Origin: Candidatus Binatia bacterium
GTDB taxonomy: Bacteria; Desulfobacterota; Binatia; Bin18
DNA length: 64,000 nucleotides
Reading direction: 5' to 3'
Assembly: GCA_963664395.2 (NCBI GenBank)
Contig: OY761159.2
Location: 1,504,001-1,568,000 of the forward strand
Shown here: in pieces, positions 56,240 to 64,000 of the stretch
How the letters are laid out: each line of letters opens with the position of its first letter
Numbering within the stretch: position 1 is the first letter of the stretch
Made by a program: the position numbers and the translations under genes
The notes under the pieces: generated by a model
Database searches by the model: none
Seen by the model: only the letters and a program-made list of their open reading frames with translations
Told to the model about the DNA's origin: nothing

Positions 56240-58003
56240 GTGAGTATCAGAAGAAGGGCGAGCCTTTGGCCGCTCGTCGTCACCACGTTCTTCTTGGGAA
56301 CCACTTTGGGATTCAATCCGTCGGTCGTCTGGGCTATTGAGACGACGATCGCCGGGAAATCTGTCAGGGTGAATGGCTTCGTCGAGTCTCTGAATATTTT
56401 CCGTTCCGAAGACTTTAACGACAGTCCCGAGCTCACCCAAAACCGGAACACAGCTGAACTTGAGGTCGATATCGAACTGCTGAACGATTGGAGCCCGCTT
56501 GCCTTCTGGACCGTCTTCTTTGACGGTCGTTTTTCCTACGATGGGGTCTACGACCTGAACGACAACGAATTCGGTAATGATGCCGGGGGGCGCTTACCGG
56601 GGCTGCCCGATCAGATCCCCGGTTTTGGTCCGAACCGGGGGTTTCGTCTGCTGGGGAAACCCCCGTTGCAGTTCGCCGTCCCGGTGCGGCCGGATGACCC
56701 GCGCGGGAGACTGTCCGGCTATATGGCCGACGACCTTGACGATCTCCGCTATCGTTTTGAGCTCCGGGAGATGTATACCGACCTGGAATTCGAGGATGTC
56801 TTCGGGACGGGGGATAATATTTTCCTGCGTATCGGCAAACAGCCCATCGTGTGGGGCCGCGCCGATTTGTTTCGCCTGCTCGATGTCATCAACCCGGTGG
56901 ACTATGGCCGGCACCTCTTTATCGAAGACTATGAGCTGATCCGCAAACCCTTGTGGGCGACCCAGGCGGTGTGGAAGTTCGGACCGGTCGGCCCCTTTGC
57001 CGACCTGAACCTGGAGTTTGACTGGATCTGGCAGGAATTTGAGTTTGCGGATTTGGGTCAGGGCGGGACGCCCCATCCCATTCTCGGGGCCGGCGACTTC
57101 TTCCGAGCCAATAAACTCCTTTTCGATCAGGGCGGGTTTCTCTTTGTGGACGGACAGCCGATTGGGATCGATCCGGCGACCGGCGCGCCCTTGCCCTACG
57201 CCTTTGGCGGCGCGGCTTTTCCCCCCGGCGTGGTTGGCGTCCGGGGCGTGCATAAGCCGACGAACAAGCTCGGCAATAATCAGTTCGGGGTCCGGGTCGA
57301 GGGCGTGTATGGCGAGGTCGGCTTCTCGCTCAACTATTTTCACGGCCGGCAACAACTGCCCTCCTTGCGCGGGCTGGCCCCGAACTTCATCCCCGCCGGT
57401 GCGATCCATTTCCCGACCATCGAGGTTTTGGGCGGTTCGGCCGACTGGGCCGATCACTGGACGGGTTCAACCTGGCGCTTTGAGTTCACCCGCACGCACG
57501 GCGAAGAGTTTCCGAACACGCTCAGCCCGCGTCTCTTCAAGCAGTCGGATACCGTGCGCTATCTGTTTGGGTGGGACCGGCCCACTTTTCTGCACGCGCT
57601 GAACCCGTACCGGACGTTTGTCTTCTCGGGTCAGGCCTTCTTTACGCATCTGATCCATCACGAGAGTTCCGGGTCGCGCCGAGGGATGCCCGACCCGGAT
57701 ATGAATGTGGTCTTTACGCTCTTGGTTCAAGGCTTCTATATGTCAGACCGGATCATTCCTCAGATCGCCCAGGCCTATGACTACCGTGGCAACGGCTATC
57801 TGCTCTTATCCAATGTGCAGTTCATTTGGACCGACCATATCGATTTTACCCTGGGCTCGAATTTTTTCTTTGGCAAGCAGAAGAAGTTTGATACGCTGCT
57901 GGGCTTTCCCTCGGAGGAGCCGTTCGGGCGCTTCCGCGAAGGAGTTATCAGCACGTTTCGTGACCGGCACGAATTCTTTTTCAAGGTGCGCTATCGATTC
58001 TAG
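56240..58003 (+). CDS. DUF1302-like outer-membrane beta-barrel
   Basis: Signal peptide, LREMY, LRIGKQPIVWGRAD, DVINPVD and C-terminal YRF. Confidence 0.8.
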   Translation: MSIRRRASLWPLVVTTFFLGTTLGFNPSVVWAIETTIAGKSVRVNGFVESLNIFRSEDFNDSPELTQNRNTAELEVDIELLNDWSPLAFWTVFFDGRFSYDGVYDLNDNEFGNDAGGRLPGLPDQIPGFGPNRGFRLLGKPPLQFAVPVRPDDPRGRLSGYMADDLDDLRYRFELREMYTDLEFEDVFGTGDNIFLRIGKQPIVWGRADLFRLLDVINPVDYGRHLFIEDYELIRKPLWATQAVWKFGPVGPFADLNLEFDWIWQEFEFADLGQGGTPHPILGAGDFFRANKLLFDQGGFLFVDGQPIGIDPATGAPLPYAFGGAAFPPGVVGVRGVHKPTNKLGNNQFGVRVEGVYGEVGFSLNYFHGRQQLPSLRGLAPNFIPAGAIHFPTIEVLGGSADWADHWTGSTWRFEFTRTHGEEFPNTLSPRLFKQSDTVRYLFGWDRPTFLHALNPYRTFVFSGQAFFTHLIHHESSGSRRGMPDPDMNVVFTLLVQGFYMSDRIIPQIAQAYDYRGNGYLLLSNVQFIWTDHIDFTLGSNFFFGKQKKFDTLLGFPSEEPFGRFREGVISTFRDRHEFFFKVRYRF

Positions 58004-58038
58004 GCAGGCGTTGAGCGACGACACAGAAGGAGGGTGTG

Positions 58039-59394
58039 ATGAACAAGGACGCTCAGAATAGCAGAAGATATTTTCGTACGTATGCGGCCATTATGGTGTG
58101 TGCGCTGCTCGGCACGGCCGGCTGGCCGGCTGCGGTGTGGGCCGAGTTATCCGAGGATACGATTCAGGAAACCTTCTATCCCTACCGTCACGGCGCTCCC
58201 CAGGTACCAGGGATCGAGCCGGGTGTGGTGATCAACCAGAGCAACTGGGAGGTGGCCAAGGAGGTCATGTATCCCGAGTATCTCGATCTCGTCAAAAAGG
58301 GCTGGGTGGAGATCAAGGTCGGCGAGACCATACCTTTTAGCCTGCCTGAGGAATATGTCGAGGCGACTCGGAAATATGCCGAGCAAGTGACGCTTTCGCC
58401 CGAGGGCTATTTACAGAATTATGTCGCCGGACTCGCCTTTCCTGGGCAACCCGACCCCAGCGATCCGCAGGCTGGTATCAAGCTGGCGTGGAGTTTTAAG
58501 CGCGGCTTTAACTGGGGCGATAATGCCTGCATCTGCCCCTTCTACTGGTCCTTCGTCAAAGGGGACGGCACGATCGAGAAGACCATCAACTTCGATTTTT
58601 ACTTTCTCAACTTCAAACATCGGGTCAGACACGACCCGATACCCGAGGTCTTGCCCAACCCCCAGGATTTGTTTCGCGGCATCTATGCCCGGGTGTACGA
58701 ACCTTTTGACCTCAAGGATACCCAGGTCTTGATCTGGCAGTATGAGGACGAGCGCAAACGCGACGACTCGTGGCTGTATCTCGGGTTTCAGCGCCGTGTC
58801 CGGCGTCTGTCCCAGGAACAGCGGGCCGATTCGTTCCTGGGAACCAACATCTTTGTTGATGATTTTGAGGGCTACGAGGGCCGGGTCACCGATATGAACT
58901 GGGAGTATAAGGGCGAAAAAATCCTGTTGATGCCCATGTATAAGCATAACGAAATGGAATTCAAGCTGCCCGATTATCCGATCTCCGGTAACACCGATAA
59001 CGAGGGCTATCATTACATCGAGTTCGGTGGTCGAGCCGGATGGTTCCCCAATATTACCTGGCAACTGCGCAAGGTCTACGTTATCGAGGTGACGCCGAAG
59101 GACCCGGCCTATCCGTATTCCAAACGGGTGTGGTTCCAAGACGCGGAACAGTACACGAACCCGCTGAGCTTTATCTACGATCGCAAGGGTGACCTGTGGA
59201 AGATCTTTGTGATTGGCAAATCCCATCCGGATTACCATCTGCCGGTCAATCAGGGGGCGGGTGCCAACATCGACAACTCGGTCCATATGATTGATGTCCA
59301 GCGCGATCATGCCACCCTGCTACGTTTTAAGGGCCATATTGAAAAGCAGCGCCCCGAGCTGTTTACCGTACAAAACCTGCGGCAGGGCCGCTAG
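58039..59394 (+). CDS. DUF1329 (LolA-like) periplasmic protein
   Basis: GLAFP, WLYLGFQRRVRRL, DDFEGY, PYSKRV and YDRKGDLWK motifs. Confidence 0.85.
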   Translation: MNKDAQNSRRYFRTYAAIMVCALLGTAGWPAAVWAELSEDTIQETFYPYRHGAPQVPGIEPGVVINQSNWEVAKEVMYPEYLDLVKKGWVEIKVGETIPFSLPEEYVEATRKYAEQVTLSPEGYLQNYVAGLAFPGQPDPSDPQAGIKLAWSFKRGFNWGDNACICPFYWSFVKGDGTIEKTINFDFYFLNFKHRVRHDPIPEVLPNPQDLFRGIYARVYEPFDLKDTQVLIWQYEDERKRDDSWLYLGFQRRVRRLSQEQRADSFLGTNIFVDDFEGYEGRVTDMNWEYKGEKILLMPMYKHNEMEFKLPDYPISGNTDNEGYHYIEFGGRAGWFPNITWQLRKVYVIEVTPKDPAYPYSKRVWFQDAEQYTNPLSFIYDRKGDLWKIFVIGKSHPDYHLPVNQGAGANIDNSVHMIDVQRDHATLLRFKGHIEKQRPELFTVQNLRQGR

Positions 59395-59404
59395 GAAAAA
59401 AGCG

Positions 59405-59441
59405 GGCCTCAGACGCCTGCCTTGGTCACGCGTCTGAGGCC
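59405..59441. terminator. Hairpin between convergent genes
   Basis: GGCCTCAGACGC...GCGTCTGAGGCC, with an A-tract to its left. Confidence 0.65.
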
Positions 59442-59445
59442 GTTC

Positions 59446-61662
59446 TCAAAATCGGTAGGTGTAGCGTACCTTGAAGCGGCCCTCGCGGCCGATGGAGCGG
59501 AAGCCGCTCTCCTCGGCGTCCAGCCAGCGCTGGTTGAAGACCAGAAATATGTCATTGCCCGGTTCGATGATCCAGCGGATGCGCGTGCTGAGGCTGAACA
59601 CGTCCGACACGTTGTCATACTGGATCAGGCTGAACCAGGACAGGTTGGGGTTGACGGCCACATCCAGCCGCAGCCGCAACAGCCGCACGATGAAGTTGCC
59701 TTCGGGCAGCCGGACATCGTTCTGTTGGTATTCAGGGCTCAGGAACAGCCGCGGGCCGGGCTGGAAATTGAGACGCAGTATCCAGCTCTCCCGCCTGCCG
59801 CTGTAATAGTCGCCCCAGTAGTGGGCCAGACTGGCCGACAGTTTGCGTTTATCCGCGGTCTCGGCCTGGGCCATATAGCGGCGGAAGGTGTAGCGGTCGG
59901 GCGCCAGGCTGACGCCACGGCTGATCTCAAAATCTTCGGTCAGACGTTCAAACTGCTGCCAGGTCCGAAACATGAGCGTATCGCCGCTCTCAAAGCGCCA
60001 CTCGCAGGGAAAAACGATATTACGGGTGAGGAGTTGGTTCGTAGCCTGGTCGGTAATATAATTGCCGTCAAAGGCGCACGCGACTTGCCGCGTGCTCCGG
60101 TGCTTGGGACGGGGCGCCGCCTGGACGAACCAGCCAAACCGCCGAATGCCCGTACGCGGCACAAAGCCCAGGCTGGCTTCAAAATCCCGTTGCACCTCGC
60201 GATAGGTACCGAATATATTCCACGTATCGTTGGGAAGATTGATCTGACCACCCCAGGCCCAGTTCTTGCGCGCTGTCGGACGAAAACTCTTTAACACAAA
60301 CGAAGAGACGGTGAGATTTCTCGTTCCCAGAAACCTGGTTGTTTTATACAGGAAGTCGTGTCCGTACAGGCCGCTCGCGTCCCCGTTCTCCGGTGTCCGA
60401 CGGGTCGCGATCAGGCCCAGCGACGCCTGTTCCCCGAGGTCGCGCTTGAGCCGGACCACGCTGAAATTCTCGCCCGGTACGGGATCGCGTTCCTGGGTCT
60501 GGGCGCTGAGTATCCCCAGGGAATACTTGCCAACCCGGCCGCTGAGTTTCGCGCCGCCGATCAGATCAACCGGTTTGCCGTCGTCGGCAATACCGACGCG
60601 CCGGCTGAAAAATGGAATAATCACCAACGGACCCGAGGTCGGGGTCAGTCCGTCAACCGCAAAATTGGGCGCGTCCTCCAGAAAGAACTGCCGCTTTTCG
60701 GGAAAGAAGAGTGAAAATCGCGTCAGGTTGACCTGGGCGTCGTCCGTCTCGGCTTCGGAAAAATCGGTATTGAGCGTCAGGCTGAGTGTCAGGCCGGGGC
60801 TGGGTTTGTAGAACAGGTCAAAACCCGGCTTAAAGGACGCGGCATCGCGGCGCACCTCGGTGGTCAGAAAAGGCGAAAAATCGATCCCCAGGCCCTGGGA
60901 CCTACCGTGCAGTCCGGTGAGTTGGCCGGCGCGCGAGACCCGGTTGAAGTTCAGGTTCTGGAGGTAGCCGCTCCAGACCGTTTCTTCGTTCACCCGCTTG
61001 ATGATGCGCTGGACGTTGAAGCCCCAGCTTGATTGTCCCGGGGCATAGCTCAGGGTCTGAAACGGAATTTCAAATTCCGCGCTCCAGCCGCTCGGCGAGC
61101 GCGCGGTCTTCACGTTCCAGATGCCGTTCCAGTCCCGGTTTTCGGTCTCACCCTCGTCGCCGATGAGTTCATCCACTCGCGCGCCAACCGAGTTGGTTTG
61201 AAATTTGAACGCATTGCGATGATCCGAAAACGTATCGAACAAAAGCGTCACCCGATCGTCGGCGGCCAGATCCGCGTCCCGGTTGAAGCGGGTGGCAACC
61301 GCCGCACTCACGTCCGAGTCGTGACAGCGCACCCCGACGTAGAGATGGGTCGCCGTGTACAGGACGCGCACCTCGGTCGGCTGGGAGGCCGGGGCGCCTT
61401 CGTCAGGTTCGCGTTGGCGGAAGTCGTCGCCGACCGGCGCACTTTGCCAGGCCGGCTCGTTCAGCCGACCGTCGAGGATAATGGACTGGGGAATCCGCAC
61501 GGCCTGCAACGCGACCGGAGCCAGCACCGAGACCTCCATATCCTCAAGGGGAATGGGCTGGAGGGTACGCCTGGCCGGCGACGCTGGCGTATCGGCCGCG
61601 GCCGTGGCGGTCAGCGCCAGCACGACCAGGGTCGCGGTGAGCAGAGAGATGCGCGGCTTCAG
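59446..61662 (-). CDS. CBM9-like / DUF5916 outer-membrane protein
   Basis: LDGRLNEPAW, GWSAEFEIPF, NTDFSEAETD, FFPEKRQFFLE and C-terminal YTYRF; probable CTG start at 61662. Confidence 0.85.
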   Translation of the reverse strand: MKPRISLLTATLVVLALTATAAADTPASPARRTLQPIPLEDMEVSVLAPVALQAVRIPQSIILDGRLNEPAWQSAPVGDDFRQREPDEGAPASQPTEVRVLYTATHLYVGVRCHDSDVSAAVATRFNRDADLAADDRVTLLFDTFSDHRNAFKFQTNSVGARVDELIGDEGETENRDWNGIWNVKTARSPSGWSAEFEIPFQTLSYAPGQSSWGFNVQRIIKRVNEETVWSGYLQNLNFNRVSRAGQLTGLHGRSQGLGIDFSPFLTTEVRRDAASFKPGFDLFYKPSPGLTLSLTLNTDFSEAETDDAQVNLTRFSLFFPEKRQFFLEDAPNFAVDGLTPTSGPLVIIPFFSRRVGIADDGKPVDLIGGAKLSGRVGKYSLGILSAQTQERDPVPGENFSVVRLKRDLGEQASLGLIATRRTPENGDASGLYGHDFLYKTTRFLGTRNLTVSSFVLKSFRPTARKNWAWGGQINLPNDTWNIFGTYREVQRDFEASLGFVPRTGIRRFGWFVQAAPRPKHRSTRQVACAFDGNYITDQATNQLLTRNIVFPCEWRFESGDTLMFRTWQQFERLTEDFEISRGVSLAPDRYTFRRYMAQAETADKRKLSASLAHYWGDYYSGRRESWILRLNFQPGPRLFLSPEYQQNDVRLPEGNFIVRLLRLRLDVAVNPNLSWFSLIQYDNVSDVFSLSTRIRWIIEPGNDIFLVFNQRWLDAEESGFRSIGREGRFKVRYTYRF

Positions 61663-62483
61663 TCGTCTTCCCTGAACAGCGCGTCGCGCCAGTCGAGCGC
61701 AGCGCGCAGGCCTTTTTCCTTCCGGATCTGGTTAAAGGTTTCCTGCTCTTGCGTCCGGGTTGTGTCAAACATGACAACCAAATCGAGATTCTGATAGATG
61801 CTGTTCAGAAAGCCCATGTTCTCATACGCCCGGTTAATGGCCGCCTTGTTAAACTTCACACCCACCTGAGCGATCTTCACCAGTTTGCGGGCCGTCTTCT
61901 CACACTCGTGCATGAGCTGGTCGTGCGGTACGACGCGGTTGATCATGCCCAGGCGTTCAGCCTCTTGGGCGGAGATCATTTCCCCGGTCAGGAGCAGCTC
62001 TTTTGCCTTGGCAAACCCGACGCTGAACGGCGTGATCAGGACCGGGGGGCCGGTCCCAAACCGGATTTCCGGTTCGCCCAACACCGCTTGCTCAGAGGCG
62101 ATTTTAATGTCGCATAACTGGGCGAGTTCACACGCGCCAGCCAGGGCATAGCCGTTAATCGCGGCGATATACGGTTTGCCGGAATGCCAGATCTTGAGAA
62201 AAATATCGATGTTATACTTCAAATCAGACCGCCAGCTATCCGCGGAGCGGTCGTAGAGTTCGGGCTCACCTTCCGGCGGCGCGATATTGAACCCCGCGGA
62301 AAACGCCCGCCCGGCTCCGGTCAGAATCACGACCCGGATGTCATCATCGGCTTCAATCGCATCGAGCGCCTCGCCCAATTCGGCCATCAGTTCCTTGCTG
62401 AGGGAGTTGAGCTTGCTGGGCCGGTTGAGGGTCAGATAGCCGATGGCATCCTTTTTCTCGAATATCAGGTTCTGATACGTCAT
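61659..62483 (-). CDS. Enoyl-CoA hydratase/isomerase family protein
   Basis: LTLNRPSKLNSL, GRAFSAGF, GYALAGACEL and GEPEIRFG motifs. Confidence 0.92.
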   Translation of the reverse strand: MTYQNLIFEKKDAIGYLTLNRPSKLNSLSKELMAELGEALDAIEADDDIRVVILTGAGRAFSAGFNIAPPEGEPELYDRSADSWRSDLKYNIDIFLKIWHSGKPYIAAINGYALAGACELAQLCDIKIASEQAVLGEPEIRFGTGPPVLITPFSVGFAKAKELLLTGEMISAQEAERLGMINRVVPHDQLMHECEKTARKLVKIAQVGVKFNKAAINRAYENMGFLNSIYQNLDLVVMFDTTRTQEQETFNQIRKEKGLRAALDWRDALFREDD

Positions 62484-62659
62484 ATCCCCTCCTACCCAAC
62501 AAAGAGTAAACGTGTCCGGCAATTACATCTGAGTGGAGGATACGTTCACTCTTTTTGAACCATAGCGAACCAGTCCGAACAGTCTAGCCCGTCTCCGCTC
62601 CTCTTGCCCTCGCAGGAGAAAATCTCCAGACTCGATCACACGAAAGATTGGGACGAGTC

Positions 62660-63891
62660 ATGCTGACCTCAGATCTCCTGCTGACGCGGACCGAAGGGCC
62701 GTATCTCTATCCACGCTATGTGCGGACCGACGCGCCGCGCTTTACGCGGATGGCCGAGGAGCTGATCGCCATCTATGCCGCGCATACAGGCAAACCCAGG
62801 CGGGAGCTGACCACGGCGCTCAACCAGTACGCGGAAGACCGGACCGACTTTCGCATCCAGCGTGGGCTGGCCAAGCTGCTGCGCGATGACCGGTGTGAAT
62901 TTGAGGAGCAGACGATTGCGCCGCCGCTGGAAATCCGCCGTCGCCTGTTCGCCTTGGCTCGCGAAAACCATCCCGTTGTCTTACAGCCCGACTTTATCCA
63001 CCCCGTGACCAAAGACGAGTTGATCGCTGAGGTCGCGCGCGAGTACAAAGCCGAGCCGGAACAGGTCGCGTGGGCACTCTACGCCGACCTGGCCGAGAAC
63101 CATATCCTGACGCGCTTTGACCCGCCCGAGCCGGCGTGGCTGCTCCAACGCTATAATGTCGCCCTGGCGCAGGCGCTGCTGTATCGCTGCGTACGGATGA
63201 AGCTGTCGGTCTTTCGCAACATCCCGAGCCGCTACAAGCAGCTCTTTAAGTTCATCAAATTCTATCAGCTCATGCACGCCATTGAGGGCGATCTTGACAG
63301 TGGCTATGAGATTCTGCTGGACGGGCCGGTCAGCATGTTCCGCTTATCCCAGAAGTATGGCCTCAAGCTGGCCGTCTTCCTGCCGGCCCTGCTGCTGTGT
63401 ACCCGCTGGAAGATGGAGGCCGAGATTGTCACCGCCGAGGGCGAGCAGCGTTACTTCCCCCTCGACGAGAGTAGCAATCTCGTCTCTCACTATCGTGACA
63501 GCACGATGTATGACTCTCTGCTCGAAAAGACCTTTGCCGAACGCTTTCACGCGATTGATAGCGACTGGGATATTGAACGCGAAGTGGCCATCATCAATCT
63601 GAAAGAAACCGTCTTTATTCCGGACTTCGCCTTTCGGCACACAGACGGGCGCACCGCGCTCATGGAAATCGTGGGCTATTGGCGGCCGGAGTATCTAAAA
63701 AAAAACTTATGAAGCTGCGCCGTTCAGGCCGGGAAGACATGGTGATTGCCGTGTCGGCCAACCTGAACGTCAGCCAGGACGACTTCACCGACGTTCCGGG
63801 CAGGGTGTTCTTTTTTAAGAACCGGATTAATCCCGAAGAAGTCATTGCCCGGCTTGAGCAAGTAGGGCGGGATGCCCGTCACGAAACATAG
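62660..63891 (+). CDS. DUF790 (Bax1-like) nuclease family protein, frameshifted in a poly-A tract near 63700
   Basis: MLTSDLL, RGLAKLL, LYADL, RYNVALAQALL, DGP.S, KYG, FIPDF and EIVGYWRPEYL motifs; the C-terminus KKLMKLR... continues in ORF 63679-63891. Confidence 0.85.
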
Positions 63892-63905
63892 AGGAGGAGA
63901 AGCCC

Positions 63906-64000
63906 ATGTCTGTCATCGCGTATGAAAAACGTGATCGGATCGCCTATGTCACCATTAACCGCCCGGAAGCCATGAATGCCCTCGGACCGGCCCACAATCA
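63906..64000 (+). CDS. Enoyl-CoA hydratase family protein (5' part, runs off the window)
   Basis: GAGGAG RBS; MSVIAYEKRDRIAYVTINRPEAMNALG. Confidence 0.8.
   Translation, partial: MSVIAYEKRDRIAYVTINRPEAMNALGPAHN

Noticed and set aside
1-64000. tRNA, rRNA or riboswitch genes
   Set aside because: None recognised by eye in the intergenic regions; a covariance-model scan would be needed to exclude them.

Overview
Bacterial chromosomal window of roughly 55-60% GC (estimated by eye). The left part carries a PadR-ExbB-ExbD-VWA-TPR operon, metabolic genes (enoyl-CoA hydratase, ispD, anmK, an isocitrate/isopropylmalate-family dehydrogenase), a lone pilT, a decayed hicAB module beside an integron attC-like site, an apparently circularly permuted SCP2 gene and rpoD. 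The centre (about 13.7-31.5 kb) is a complete Tad/Flp pilus locus bracketed by two paralogous TetR genes that share a phased ACATACA-N7-TGTATGT operator. Unusually, the locus embeds a di-heme cytochrome c peroxidase and a DAHL-type sensor whose kinase module lacks the H-box histidine; this is the best candidate for an undescribed system. Next is a decay zone (31.6-34.8 kb) of deletion-fused fragments: HTTM, a third TetR, Wadjet/Mks-like SMC and Toprim pieces, and a lone CRISPR-like repeat. The right part has addB-addA-argA-like genes, a ferredoxin-TM-Hsp20-like fusion, comEA-uvrC-comEC, a GldAFG-like ABC system joined to a YCF48/MMPL/DUF1302/DUF1329 cluster, a DUF5916 protein, enoyl-CoA hydratases and a DUF790 gene. 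All family assignments come from motif recognition by eye; no searches were run.
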